Assembly: GCA_045863855.1 (NCBI GenBank)
Contig: BTVV01000018.1
Coordinates: 1,745-65,744 of the forward strand
Length of the DNA: 64,000 nt
Direction of reading: 5' to 3'
Source of the DNA: Planctomycetota bacterium
Lineage (GTDB): Bacteria; Planctomycetota; SZUA-567; H5-PLA8
In this document: one piece after another, positions 1-9,753 of the stretch
Position numbering within the stretch: the first letter of the stretch is position 1
Layout: each line of letters opens with the position of its first letter
The notes under the pieces: generated by a model
What the model was told of the DNA's origin: nothing
What the model saw: only the letters and a program-made list of their open reading frames with translations
The model's database searches: none
Program-made: the position numbers and the translations under genes

Positions 1-1
1 G

Positions 2-193
2 TTCGGCCTGAACACGGACGATCCGCAAGCCATCGTGGATGCCGTGCGCACCGCGCCGCTGCCGAGGCTGCTGGAGGACCGTCCCCCCGAAGTTCGCGCC
101 CTGCTCGATGCGCTGCTGGACCGCGATCCTGCGCGCCGCCTAAATGACGCCGCGGAAGCCGCTCGGCGCTTACGCGCCTTCACCGTGAAATGA
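2..193 (+). CDS. 3' end of a gene truncated by the window edge; the C-terminal tail resembles Ser/Thr protein kinases (LLDALLDRDPARRL motif)
   Basis: Frame 2 reads through from the window start to TGA at 191-193. The motif L..LL.kDPa.R is typical of kinase subdomain XI. Weak, short. Confidence 0.3.
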   Translation, partial: FGLNTDDPQAIVDAVRTAPLPRLLEDRPPEVRALLDALLDRDPARRLNDAAEAARRLRAFTVK

Positions 194-285
194 AAAAAGC
201 AAGGCGGGCCCGGGGTTGGCCCGCCCTGCATGGCGCCGCGCGCCGCCCGCTTGGGCGGCGACCGCGCGGCATCTTGGCCACCGGA

Positions 286-3200
286 TCAGTAGGCTTTGCC
301 GCTGCGCCCGGCGCGAGCCGTGTAGCGCAGGCTGCGGTTGGTCGAGTACGTCAAGCCGTCCACCGTCAGGCTCATCGGCATCGTGATCGGCGTCAGGTTA
401 CAGTCGGCATTCACCATGCCTTCGTCAAGCCAGCTCGACGCGAACGAACCCTTCAGGTTCAGCGTGAAGTACCCGCCGCGCGTCGTATACAGATAAAATC
501 TGTCGTACCCGCTGATTCCGCGGCCGCGGTAATCCAGCGTGAACGTCCGCACCACCCCGCCCAGATTGAGCTGGACTTGCAAGCCCGTGGGGTTGCGGTT
601 GCTCAGCGCAGGCAAGTAGCCCTGCACGATGGCCGTGTCGCGGCCGAAGTACCGGAAGTTGAGCGCCAGTTGCATGCGCGTAAGGTTCAGCGGCGAGGTG
701 GTGGGCGGCGAGACGCCCTGTACGGTGATCTGCACCGACGCGCTGACGCTGGCGGTCCCGTCGCTGACGGTGACGGTGGCCGTATACGTTCCACCCGCGG
801 CGTAGGCGTGGTTCACGCTCGAACCGTTGGCGCTCGTGCTGTCCCCGAAGCTCCAGACGTAGGTGAGCGCGTCGCCAGCGGGATCGTCGGCCAGCGCGGT
901 GAAGTTCACGGCCTGCCCGGCCTGCGCGGGATTCGGGTTGGCCGTCGGCGTCGAGAGGAAGAAAGGCGGTTCGTTGGGCACGGGTACCACGAAGGTGGCC
1001 GTGATCGTGAAGCTGCCCGACGCGTAGCCGTAAACGCTGCAATACCAGTCGCCGCCGTTAAGGGACGGGTTCGACGAAGCGTTCACCGTCACGGTCTCGT
1101 TGCCGCTGGAGGTGTACGGGCGGAAGTGGTAGCTGCTTAAGGACGGCTGCGAACCGTAGCGCACGTACAGGTCCACGTCGCCCGTGGCGTTGGTGGTGCG
1201 GACGGTGAGGCTCGTCGCGCCGTTGGGAACGTCGATGAAGAAGTGCTTCCACGCACCCTGAGCGACGCTGGAATTAACGCCGACACCATTGGCAAGTTCC
1301 TGCAGCGCGGGCGGCGGCGGAGGCGGCGCTTGGACGGTGACCTGCACGGAGCCGTTCACGCTGGCCGTGCCGTCGCTGACGGTGACCGTCGCGGTAAAGG
1401 TGCCCGCCGAAGCGTAGGTATGGCTGACGTTCGCGCCGCTGCCGTTGGATCCGTCGCCGAAAGTCCAGCTGTAGGTCAACAGATTCCCGTCGGGATCGCT
1501 GGCGCTCACGGAGAAGGCGACGGATTGTCCGGTTTGCGCCGGGTTGGGGGAAGCGCCGGGGCCGGAGGCGATGGACGGCGGCTGATTGGCCGCCGGCGCC
1601 GTGTACGTGGCGGTGATGGTGAAGTTTCCGGCCGCGTAGCCGTGCACCGAACAGTACCACGTCCCGCCGCTGAGCGCCGGATTGCTCGTACCGTTGACCG
1701 TAACGGTCTCGTTGCCGCTGGACGTGTAGGGCCGGAAGCTGTAGCTGCTCAGCGTCGGCTGCGCGTTGTAGCGTACATACAGGTCCACGTCGGCGCTCGC
1801 CCCGGTGGTCTGTACGGTGAGGCTTGTGGCGTTGGCGGGAACCTGGATGAAGAAGTGGCGCCAGGCATTGAGCGCCACGCTGGACGAAACGCTCACACCA
1901 TTGGCAAGCTGCTGCGGCGTGTTGTCGACGACAGTCAGCGTCGCGGCGTTGCTGGTGGCGCTGCCGTTGGCGTTGCTGACCACGCAGCGGTATTGGCGGC
2001 CGTTGTACGCGGCGGTGGTGGCCGGCGTGGTGTAGCTGGCCGAAGTCGCGCCGCCGATGTTGCTCCCATTCTCCTGCCACTGGTACGAGAGGCCCGTGCC
2101 AGATGCAGCGACGGTGAAGGTGGCGGTCTGGCCCAGGTTCACCGAGATCGAAGCCGGCTGCTGCGTGATCGATGGCGCGCTGGGCGGCGGCGGCGATCCG
2201 CCGCCGATGGCGCTGAGCGCGCTGACCACGTCGACGCGGATGAAGTTCAGCCCAGTGTTGGTCACGTTGTCGTCTTCGTCGTCGCCATCGTTGATGGTCA
2301 CGCCGCCGGAACGGAGCCAGCCTTCGATCTGGTCGACGGTGGGCAGCGTGCCGTTCTGGCGCAAATAAAGCTGCTGCATCAGCAGGACCACGCCGGCGGT
2401 GACGGGCGTGGCCTGGCTGGTGCCGTCCTGCGTGCTGGAACTGGTGGGGCCGCTGATGCCGGCGCTGGTGACGGGCGCTCCCGGCGCGAAGATGTCGGTG
2501 CGGACGGTGCTGCTGACGTTTTCGTGCAGGCGCTGGCTAAACGGCGTGATCCGGCCGGGACCGGTGCTGTAAGCGGTGGGGCCTCCGTAACTGCGCGAGC
2601 CCACATTGCTGTCGAAGACCGCTCCGACGCTGATGCATTCGGGAATGTTGGCCGGATAGCCCATGCCCTGCTGGCTGTTGTATTCGTAATAGCTGTTGCC
2701 CGCGGCGATCAGGACCGCGACTCCGGCGTTGCGCAGCGTGCGGATCTTCGCGCGCATACTCTCGCTGGTGCTCGGCGCAGTGGTGTCGTTGGAGTCGGCT
2801 CCCAGGCTCATGTTGACGCAGGTGATGTTGTACTGGACGCGGTTGTCGATGACCCACTGCACGCCCGCTTCGATGCCCGCGAAGGTGCCGCTGCCGTTGT
2901 TGCTCAGCACCTTGATCGGGATGATGTTCGCGCCCGGGGCGATGCCGACGTGCGTGCCGTTGGCGACGATGATCCCGCCGACGTTCGTGCCGTGCCCGTC
3001 GCCGTCCGTGGCGTTGGTGGAGCTTCCGCCGTTGTCGCTGGTGTAATTGCGCTGCGCGATCACCTTGCCGGCGAAGTCCACGTGCGTCGTGTTCAATCCC
3101 GTATCCAGCACCGCGACGGTGAGGCCCGATCCGTCGACGTTAAACTGCGTGCGGCCTTGCGCGGCGCGGATGAACTCGGTCACCTGCACCAGCCGCGGGG

Positions 3201-3342
3201 CCACGGTGGGATAGATATTCTGTTCGGGGCTCTTCACCGGCTTGACCGCGAGCGGCACTTCGCCCGCGTGAACAAACAGGGTGCTGAGTGCCGCGGTCAG
3301 CGCGAGCAGCGTGCGCGTCTTCGTCTGTCCCGATGCGTTCAT
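286..3342 (-). CDS. secreted subtilisin-like serine protease (peptidase S8) with Ig-like, PKD and pre-peptidase C-terminal (PPC) domains
   Basis: Catalytic-triad motifs VAVLDTGL (Asp), GHGTNVGG (His) and GTSQATPVTAG (Ser). Signal peptide MNASGQTKTRTLLALTAALSTLFVHA, so the start is placed at the internal Met (3342) rather than the ORF start 3462. Ig-like segment, then two PPC + PKD modules (WTFGDGS / WSFGDST). Confidence 0.85.
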   Translation of the reverse strand: MNASGQTKTRTLLALTAALSTLFVHAGEVPLAVKPVKSPEQNIYPTVAPRLVQVTEFIRAAQGRTQFNVDGSGLTVAVLDTGLNTTHVDFAGKVIAQRNYTSDNGGSSTNATDGDGHGTNVGGIIVANGTHVGIAPGANIIPIKVLSNNGSGTFAGIEAGVQWVIDNRVQYNITCVNMSLGADSNDTTAPSTSESMRAKIRTLRNAGVAVLIAAGNSYYEYNSQQGMGYPANIPECISVGAVFDSNVGSRSYGGPTAYSTGPGRITPFSQRLHENVSSTVRTDIFAPGAPVTSAGISGPTSSSTQDGTSQATPVTAGVVLLMQQLYLRQNGTLPTVDQIEGWLRSGGVTINDGDDEDDNVTNTGLNFIRVDVVSALSAIGGGSPPPPSAPSITQQPASISVNLGQTATFTVAASGTGLSYQWQENGSNIGGATSASYTTPATTAAYNGRQYRCVVSNANGSATSNAATLTVVDNTPQQLANGVSVSSSVALNAWRHFFIQVPANATSLTVQTTGASADVDLYVRYNAQPTLSSYSFRPYTSSGNETVTVNGTSNPALSGGTWYCSVHGYAAGNFTITATYTAPAANQPPSIASGPGASPNPAQTGQSVAFSVSASDPDGNLLTYSWTFGDGSNGSGANVSHTYASAGTFTATVTVSDGTASVNGSVQVTVQAPPPPPPALQELANGVGVNSSVAQGAWKHFFIDVPNGATSLTVRTTNATGDVDLYVRYGSQPSLSSYHFRPYTSSGNETVTVNASSNPSLNGGDWYCSVYGYASGSFTITATFVVPVPNEPPFFLSTPTANPNPAQAGQAVNFTALADDPAGDALTYVWSFGDSTSANGSSVNHAYAAGGTYTATVTVSDGTASVSASVQITVQGVSPPTTSPLNLTRMQLALNFRYFGRDTAIVQGYLPALSNRNPTGLQVQLNLGGVVRTFTLDYRGRGISGYDRFYLYTTRGGYFTLNLKGSFASSWLDEGMVNADCNLTPITMPMSLTVDGLTYSTNRSLRYTARAGRSGKAY
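720..1920 (-). repeat. internal tandem duplication inside the protease gene: two ~200-aa PPC+PKD modules (protein aa ~515-715 and ~720-915)
   Basis: LANGVSVSSSVALNAWRHFFIQVPANATSLTVQTTGASADVDLYVRYNAQPTLSSYSFRPYTSSGNETVTVNG aligns with LANGVGVNSSVAQGAWKHFFIDVPNGATSLTVRTTNATGDVDLYVRYGSQPSLSSYHFRPYTSSGNETVTVNA. TYSWTFGDGSNGSGANVSHTYASAGTFTATVTVSDGTASV aligns with TYVWSFGDSTSANGSSVNHAYAAGGTYTATVTVSDGTASV. Confidence 0.7.
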
Positions 3343-3634
3343 CCACACCCTCCCACCGCCTTGCCGCGGACCCCGGTTGTGATGGGTGCTTGGGCAAGGC
3401 GCGTTCCACTTGGTGCGTACTTCATAGAAATCGTGTTCTCGACGGGAGCAGGGTTCTTGCACGAGCGCAGTCTTTTTTCGTCACCGTGCCTGACAATTCG
3501 CGTCAGCGGAAAAATCGTTGCAGGGACGAACGTCCGTACGTTCCGCCAACGCTTCCAACGCGTGACGCCGCGCGGCGAAACCGATTCGATGGTGGTCTTC
3601 TCGCACAGGCAAAACCGTTTCCCTCCTTTATGAT

Positions 3635-4807
3635 GTGAGAATCCAACAGGAGCTGCGCATGCCCACACCTCCGCGCCTGAACGCCTGGCTCAAGCTTGCA
3701 CAGGGTCTGCTCGAGTGTCCCACCGTGGCGCTGAGAGAGGACCTTCCGGCCGCACATGTGGCGGCGTTTGCCCAAGCGCGGCCGTCCCTTTTCCTAAAGC
3801 GCGATGCGGTCGGAAATCTGCTGGTCGGTTACCCCGGAAACGGCGCGGGCGCGAAGGCGCCCATCGTCTTGGTCGCGCATCTGGACCATCCCGGCTTCTG
3901 GATCGAGGCGGTTCGCGGGCGCACGGTAGAACTGCTTTTTAAAGGCGGGGTGCGTACGGAACATGCCGTGAAGGGCGCACCGCTGGCGTTCTACCGGCGC
4001 GGGGAAGCCCAGCCCACCGGCTTCGGGAAGCTAAGTAAGTCATCCGGGGCAAACGGGCGCCTGGTCTCGGCTACGGCGCGGCTTGAGCGCGGCACGGCCG
4101 AATGCGGCGGTTTCTCGATGTGGGACTTTCCCGGGTTTAGCGTGCGCGGCGGAAAGATTGTCTCGCGCTGCTGCGACGATTTGCTGGGCGCGGCGGCGGC
4201 CTTGTGCGTGCTCGACGAACTGGCGCGCACGAAGCCCAAAGGCATCGCGGCGTGGGGGCTCTTCACGCGGGCCGAAGAGATCGGATTCTACGGCGCGCTA
4301 TGGGCGGTGAAGCAGCGCTGGATCCCGCGCGAGGCGCGGGTGATCTCGCTGGAATGCAGCCGCGCGCTGGCCGTCGCGCCGCAGGGCGCCGGGCCGGTGG
4401 TGCGCGTGGGCGACAGCGCGAGCTTATTCGATCCGCCCTTTACCGAAGCGCTGCGTCAAGCGTGCGAGCGTGTGAAAAAGGAGGACCCGAGCTTCCTCTA
4501 TCAGCGCAAGTTGATGGACGGCGGCGCGTGCGAAGCCACCGCGTTTTGTTCCGCCGGGTACCGCTCGTCGGGCATCTGCGTCCCGCTGGGCAACTACCAC
4601 AATCAGACCGGGCTGGACGGCGGAAAGAAAGGAATCGGCCCCGAGAACGTCGCGGTTTCGGACTTCGCCGGCGAAGTGCGCCTGCTGCTCGAACTGGTCC
4701 GGCACGGGCGCGGACTGGCGAAGCTGGAAGGAACGACGCGCCAAGCCATGGCCAAGCGGACAAAGGAAGCCGTCAAAGCGTTGCGAGCGCATCCGCTGCG
4801 CGGATAA
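3635..4807 (+). CDS. M42-family (TET/FrvX-like) metallopeptidase-like hydrolase
   Basis: Ordered candidate metal ligands AHLDHPGF (H.D), CCDDLLG (D), RAEEIGFYG (EE), ISLECS and LGNYHNQTG (H). This order and spacing matches peptidase M42. Family-level call only. Confidence 0.5.
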   Translation: MRIQQELRMPTPPRLNAWLKLAQGLLECPTVALREDLPAAHVAAFAQARPSLFLKRDAVGNLLVGYPGNGAGAKAPIVLVAHLDHPGFWIEAVRGRTVELLFKGGVRTEHAVKGAPLAFYRRGEAQPTGFGKLSKSSGANGRLVSATARLERGTAECGGFSMWDFPGFSVRGGKIVSRCCDDLLGAAAALCVLDELARTKPKGIAAWGLFTRAEEIGFYGALWAVKQRWIPREARVISLECSRALAVAPQGAGPVVRVGDSASLFDPPFTEALRQACERVKKEDPSFLYQRKLMDGGACEATAFCSAGYRSSGICVPLGNYHNQTGLDGGKKGIGPENVAVSDFAGEVRLLLELVRHGRGLAKLEGTTRQAMAKRTKEAVKALRAHPLRG

Positions 4808-4819
4808 CCGAACTGCCGC

Positions 4820-7357
4820 TCAAGGCACAAGAGTCAGAATCAGCAGCGGGCCCTTCTCGTCGGCTTCTTTGGTGAAAAAAAGGGCCAGGCCTGGTCCGCC
4901 GCCCATATTGGTCAGGGAGGTTATGCGCATGCCAAACCAGGTTCCATCGGCCAGCGCCGCCTTGAGCATATCGGTGACTTCCACATCTGTGATTTCGTCC
5001 TTCTCCGGCTTGAAGGCGATATCGGTCTTGGGCATGACCGGCGGCTTGTTCGTCCAGTTAAGGTCCTTCTCCCGCCAGCGCACCTGAACGCGCTCCACGC
5101 ACAATTCGACTCGGTGATTCATGCCGCGAACCTTATACAGCCGCAGCACGGCCTTGCGAACTTGGGCCGGTTTGATGGCCAAGTCGAATCCGAGATAGGC
5201 ATGGTGGTCTTTATTCTTGCTCGTATCCCAATTGATTTTCATTTCCTGGTCGCCGCCGAAGGCCGTTTGTTCCGCATCGGCGCTGACGAATCCGTCGGCG
5301 ACGGGACGCACTTCGACTACGCCGGCCGCTGCCGAGGCGGGAGGGGCAGGCACGGCAGGTTGAGGTTGCTTCGCCGCCGGCTCTTCCTCGGCTTCTCCCG
5401 AAGCCCAATCGCGCAGCCACTTCAATTCCAGGTCCGATCCGCCCGCCTTCGCCACTGCATCGTAAGCGGCCTGCAGGGTATTCCGTTTGGACTCGATCAG
5501 CGTCACGTAAAAAGCGCGGCGCAATACGGTAGCGTCCGTGCGAGCAAGGTTCAGCTTGGCCACTTCGAACCGCGAGACCGGAAGCAAATTGTCGAGCGCT
5601 ATGGGCACCTCGAGCCCCTTCGAGCCAATGAAGACGGTGCCGGCATTCACGCGCAGCACTTGGTAGGGCTCTTTGCGCCCCACCTTAGCCGGCGCTCCCG
5701 TTTTCAACTTCAGTTCGAGGGAATCCTGAGTTTTGATGCGCTCCCAGTCCACGCTTGACGTGTCGAGCGCCTCCAGTACCCAGGTCACGGCCAGGCGATC
5801 GAGCGCCAACACCTGGGGATCTGCCTGGGCTCCGTCCACCAGTAGGCAAGCCTGATCCGTATCGCCCTCCAGAAACGCCTGCTTCAAAGCCGTGCGGTAC
5901 TCGGCTTGCGCTTCCTGCACGGGCTGGATCGGCGGAAGCGCGGTCTGTGGCGTAGGATCGGCCGGCTGCTGAGTGGCCGCAACGTTGCCGCCCGCCGCGT
6001 ACAGGCTTTGAATTTCCGCTTCGTTCAACGCTCGCGCGTAGACGCGCAGGTCGTCCATTGCTCCATCCAAGGGCTTGGCTTCGTTTTCCCGGTACGGCTC
6101 AAGATCCCATCCCACGAACATCTTGCATGTTTTGTTCTTGCAGTGTGCTTCCGACCACGCCGACCGGCTTACCGCTTTCCCGTCGACATACAGGACCACC
6201 TCGTGAGGCGGGTCATAGACGTAGGCGCAATGGTGCCAAGCGGCGTCGGGAACCCCCCGCGCAACCCACACGCGGCCCCATTTCTTGTCGCCCGAGGTTT
6301 TCGAGTAGCCCCCGGTCAATCGCCCATTGGAACGCGTGCGCAGGCCGGCCACTAAATTTCCAGTGTCTTGAGCACTGCGAATCGAGCATACGGGACTCGA
6401 CACGTCGAGCGTGCGTAGTTGGAGCCAGCACGAGACGGTCAGGCCTTGGTTGCCCGGAAATTCAGGCATCTCGTCCAATCGAAAGCCAGACGGTTGACCG
6501 GAAAACCGGTAGGCCTGACCTACACGACCGGGCGTCAAGACCAATGGCGCGCCAAAGGGTTCCGCATCTCGGCCTCCCGGAACCCGATTGGGAATCTTAC
6601 CGTCCTGCAACGCAACCATGGGGAACCAAGCCACCAACCCGCGCTCCAAGTCCTCAGGCGAGACCGGCGCGGTATTCGGCGCGGCGATCGCCGGCCTTAC
6701 TGGCTCAGGTGCGGCGGCTGGCTCATCTTCCGTATCCTCCGGCAAAGCGGCTTCCTGCGGCCGGCTCACCGTAATTGGCGCGGACGCCGTTTGGGCCGGA
6801 TTCGGAAGCTCCTCGATGGATAGCGGCTCCACCTTCACGGTAGAGTTGGCTTCCACCGGCGCAACGGGCGGTGAAGCCGCCGGACTTTCCCCCCGAGTGC
6901 GCTGAACGGGATCCATAAGGGTTGCGGGAGGACTCTTCGGATCCGCGGCACCCGCCGTCTGCGATGGCGCGGGCCGCGAATTTCCACCCCACAGCAACAG
7001 CACCAGCAAAACCATCAGCCCTAGCCCCGCGGCAATGCCTCCGATGAAGAGCGCCGGATGGCGCGCTTCTTCGGCACGCCCGCGCGGTTGCGCGCGGCGC
7101 GCGGCGGCGGGCATGCGTTCGGACGACGGCGCGCGCGCTACGCTCTTGGCGAGCGGCGGAGTGGGCGAACCGCCGCCTTCGCGCGCGAGCACCTCGCGCG
7201 CCTCGGCTTCGTTCATGGGGACGGTTTCGAGGGTCAGGACGCCCTGGGAACAATCGGAGCAAAAGACGCCACGAAGTTTCTTGTCGCGCGCTTGGCCGGC
7301 TTCGACATCCTTTTCGGTCAGGCGCTGGCCGCATTTCTCGCAGAAATAGAACTTCAT
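4820..7357 (-). CDS. membrane protein: N-terminal cytoplasmic zinc ribbon, one TM helix, Pro-rich linker, extracytoplasmic LamG/concanavalin-A-like domain and a C-terminal β-rich domain
   Basis: Start placed at MKFYFCEKCGQ (7357) rather than the ORF start 7375. Two CxxC pairs (FCEKCGQ...FCSDCSQ). Hydrophobic ALFIGGIAAGLGLMVLLVLLLWG. LamG-type motif DDLRVYARALNEAEIQSLY. Confidence 0.6.
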   Translation of the reverse strand: MKFYFCEKCGQRLTEKDVEAGQARDKKLRGVFCSDCSQGVLTLETVPMNEAEAREVLAREGGGSPTPPLAKSVARAPSSERMPAAARRAQPRGRAEEARHPALFIGGIAAGLGLMVLLVLLLWGGNSRPAPSQTAGAADPKSPPATLMDPVQRTRGESPAASPPVAPVEANSTVKVEPLSIEELPNPAQTASAPITVSRPQEAALPEDTEDEPAAAPEPVRPAIAAPNTAPVSPEDLERGLVAWFPMVALQDGKIPNRVPGGRDAEPFGAPLVLTPGRVGQAYRFSGQPSGFRLDEMPEFPGNQGLTVSCWLQLRTLDVSSPVCSIRSAQDTGNLVAGLRTRSNGRLTGGYSKTSGDKKWGRVWVARGVPDAAWHHCAYVYDPPHEVVLYVDGKAVSRSAWSEAHCKNKTCKMFVGWDLEPYRENEAKPLDGAMDDLRVYARALNEAEIQSLYAAGGNVAATQQPADPTPQTALPPIQPVQEAQAEYRTALKQAFLEGDTDQACLLVDGAQADPQVLALDRLAVTWVLEALDTSSVDWERIKTQDSLELKLKTGAPAKVGRKEPYQVLRVNAGTVFIGSKGLEVPIALDNLLPVSRFEVAKLNLARTDATVLRRAFYVTLIESKRNTLQAAYDAVAKAGGSDLELKWLRDWASGEAEEEPAAKQPQPAVPAPPASAAAGVVEVRPVADGFVSADAEQTAFGGDQEMKINWDTSKNKDHHAYLGFDLAIKPAQVRKAVLRLYKVRGMNHRVELCVERVQVRWREKDLNWTNKPPVMPKTDIAFKPEKDEITDVEVTDMLKAALADGTWFGMRITSLTNMGGGPGLALFFTKEADEKGPLLILTLVP

Positions 7358-7756
7358 GCTGCGGCTCCAAGGCAATTCAAGTAACGAGCAGTCGGCACGC
7401 GGTTCAACTCGGCTCGATCGAACCTAAATGCACCAGTGCCTTGAGGTTACGCAAATGCCGACCTTTGGACAAGACGTGCTAAGTCCTTGCTTTACGTCCC
7501 TTACTTAGAAACTCTGCCGAAGCTGCAACATTGGCCTCCCGCTTGCCTCGCTCTAACCTCTAACGGGATAAGTGCTTCGAACGGTTACAGGGTCTGGCGC
7601 GAGGGCCGAACCTCCGGGCGTGTTTGACACCGTGGGGGCAAGCCCTATAACTCTGGGACGTCCGTTACAGCAACAGGGTTTCCAGGTAAGGCCCGCATCC
7701 GGGGCGACGCAGGTTCGTCCGCGGATGGCCTCTTTCAGAGCGGGAGCAGCTTCCGC

Positions 7757-8569
7757 ATGAGTACACTCGGCGATCGTGTTCGGCAGGTGCTGGACGAGCA
7801 TGTCTATAAGAATGTGATCTGGAAGTCGGTCTTTCGACACGGCTTTCCGGACACCGACCGCAACCGCACGCTGGTGGTGCTCTCCAACATCTTCCTGCAC
7901 CTGCACCCGGCGAAGCTGAAGGGCCACGCGGTTCGCATGCGCTATACGTGGTGCATGGGCGGGCTGTCCTTCTTCATGTTCCTGATCCTCACCATCTCCG
8001 GCGTCTTCCTGATGTTCTACTACCGCCCGACGCCTGAGTACGCGTACAACGACATCATCTCGCTGCGCGAAGACGTTCCGCTGGGCATGTTCATGCGCAA
8101 CGTCCATCGTTGGGGTGCGCACGCGATGGTGCTGATCGTCTGGTTGCACATGCTGCGCGTCTTCATGACCGGCAGTTATAAGGCTCCGCGCGAGTTCAAC
8201 TGGGGCGTGGGCGTGATCCTGCTGAAGCTGACGCTGCTGCTCTCGTTCACCGGCTACCTGCTGCCGTGGGACCAATTGGCGATCTGGGCCATCACGGTCG
8301 GTACGAACATGGCGCGCGCCACGCCCGGCATGGGTCACGAAGGCCCGTTGACTTCGATGATCGGGCTCGATGCGGGCTACGACCGTTTCCAGGTGGTGCA
8401 TTCGAAGAGCGACATTCGCTTCCTGCTGCTGGGCGGTTCGATCGTCGGTCCGCCGGCGTTGTTGCGCTTTTACGTGCTGCACTGCGTATTCCTGCCGTTG
8501 GTGGCCGGGTTCCTGATGGCGGTGCACTTCTGGCGCATCCGCAAGGACGGCTTCAGCGCACCGCTGTAA
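7757..8569 (+). CDS. cytochrome b, N-terminal half (cytochrome b6-like, bc-complex subunit)
   Basis: Multi-TM protein with paired His ligand pattern ([21 protein letters not shown]; later [18 protein letters not shown]). Overall similarity to the b6/petB-type N-terminal domain. Confidence 0.8.
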   Translation: MSTLGDRVRQVLDEHVYKNVIWKSVFRHGFPDTDRNRTLVVLSNIFLHLHPAKLKGHAVRMRYTWCMGGLSFFMFLILTISGVFLMFYYRPTPEYAYNDIISLREDVPLGMFMRNVHRWGAHAMVLIVWLHMLRVFMTGSYKAPREFNWGVGVILLKLTLLLSFTGYLLPWDQLAIWAITVGTNMARATPGMGHEGPLTSMIGLDAGYDRFQVVHSKSDIRFLLLGGSIVGPPALLRFYVLHCVFLPLVAGFLMAVHFWRIRKDGFSAPL

Positions 8570-8603
8570 CGGACGCAGGGTGCCGTAACGTTTTGTAGGC
8601 GTT

Positions 8604-9740
8604 TTGCAAACCGGGAGCGTACCAGCCATGCCGGTCTTCACCTTGGCCGCCGTGCCGGCGCCGATCCAGCTTTTCTTCGACTTCATCAACCTCCTATGCG
8701 AGCCGTGGCTCTTTTTCACGCTCAGCATGGTGGCCTTCTTTGGCGCGCTGTACTTCCGCCGCATATTGGTCAAGCCGGCGGTGGCGCTGGGCATCCTGAT
8801 CGGCAGCGTGGTGATGATTCTGGTCAGCTTCATGAACCCGCAGTTCGCCAGCGAAGCGGGCAAGCCCGACAACGCGCCGATCTTCATGCTGCTGTACATC
8901 ACGGGTTTCTGCATTTGGCTGGCCATGTGGCAGGCAGTGAAGAACGACGAGCGCATCGCGCGCGGCGAAGGACCGGAAGAGGCCGAAGTCGCCAAGACGC
9001 GCCTGCATGTCTGGCCGTACCTGATCTACATCGAAGGCATCGTAGCCGCGTTCGTGCTGGCGGCGCTGTTCATCTGGGCGCTGAGCCTGGAAGCCCCTCT
9101 CGAACAGGCCGCCAATCCGGCCAAGAGCCCCAATCCCGCCAAGGCCCCGTGGTACTTCCTGGGCCTGCAGGAAATGCTGGTGTATTACGATCCGTGGATC
9201 GCCGGCGTCGTGCTGCCGGGCATGATCCTTTCCGGGCTGATCGTGATCCCGTACTGCGATCCGAACCCCAAGGGCGTCGGCTACTACACCTTTAACGACC
9301 GCAAGCTGGCCGTCACGATGTTCCTGTACGGCTTCCTGATCCTGTGGTGCGTCCTGATTTTCGTCGGCACGTTCATGCGCGGCCCGAACTGGAATTTCTT
9401 TGCGCTCTACGAGCAGTGGGACTTCCACAAACTGCTCTCGCTGAATAACGTCAACCTCTCCGACTACTTCTGGCAGAACTTCCTGGGCAAGGCTACGCCG
9501 GCTTCGTGGTGGCAGCGCGAATGGCCGGGCTTCCTGGTCATTCTCGTGTACTTCGCGCTGGTGCCCGGCCTGATCGTGAAGCTCTTCCCCAAGCTTTACC
9601 GCGACCTGGGATTCATCCGCTACAGCGTCCTGATCGGGCACTTCCTGCTCATGTTGAGCCTGCCGATCAAGATGTATCTGCGCTGGGCGTTCAACCTGAA
9701 GTACATCGTTTCGATCCCGGAATACTTCTTCAACATTTAG
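8604..9740 (+). CDS. cytochrome b C-terminal domain protein (subunit IV/PetD-like) with N- and C-terminal membrane extensions
   Basis: Hallmark PWYFLGLQEMLVYYDPWIAGVVLPGMILSGLIVIPYCDP matches the cytochrome b C-terminal/PetD PEWY region. At 378 aa it is much longer than PetD (~160 aa). Confidence 0.8.
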   Translation: MQTGSVPAMPVFTLAAVPAPIQLFFDFINLLCEPWLFFTLSMVAFFGALYFRRILVKPAVALGILIGSVVMILVSFMNPQFASEAGKPDNAPIFMLLYITGFCIWLAMWQAVKNDERIARGEGPEEAEVAKTRLHVWPYLIYIEGIVAAFVLAALFIWALSLEAPLEQAANPAKSPNPAKAPWYFLGLQEMLVYYDPWIAGVVLPGMILSGLIVIPYCDPNPKGVGYYTFNDRKLAVTMFLYGFLILWCVLIFVGTFMRGPNWNFFALYEQWDFHKLLSLNNVNLSDYFWQNFLGKATPASWWQREWPGFLVILVYFALVPGLIVKLFPKLYRDLGFIRYSVLIGHFLLMLSLPIKMYLRWAFNLKYIVSIPEYFFNI

Positions 9741-9753
9741 CCATCGGGCGCCG

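Noticed and set aside
190-3633. Long + strand ORFs (190-1140, 1243-3633) rich in Arg/Ala/Gly
   Set aside because: Antisense to the S8 protease gene, which has clear catalytic and domain motifs. The composition is typical of GC-rich antisense frames.
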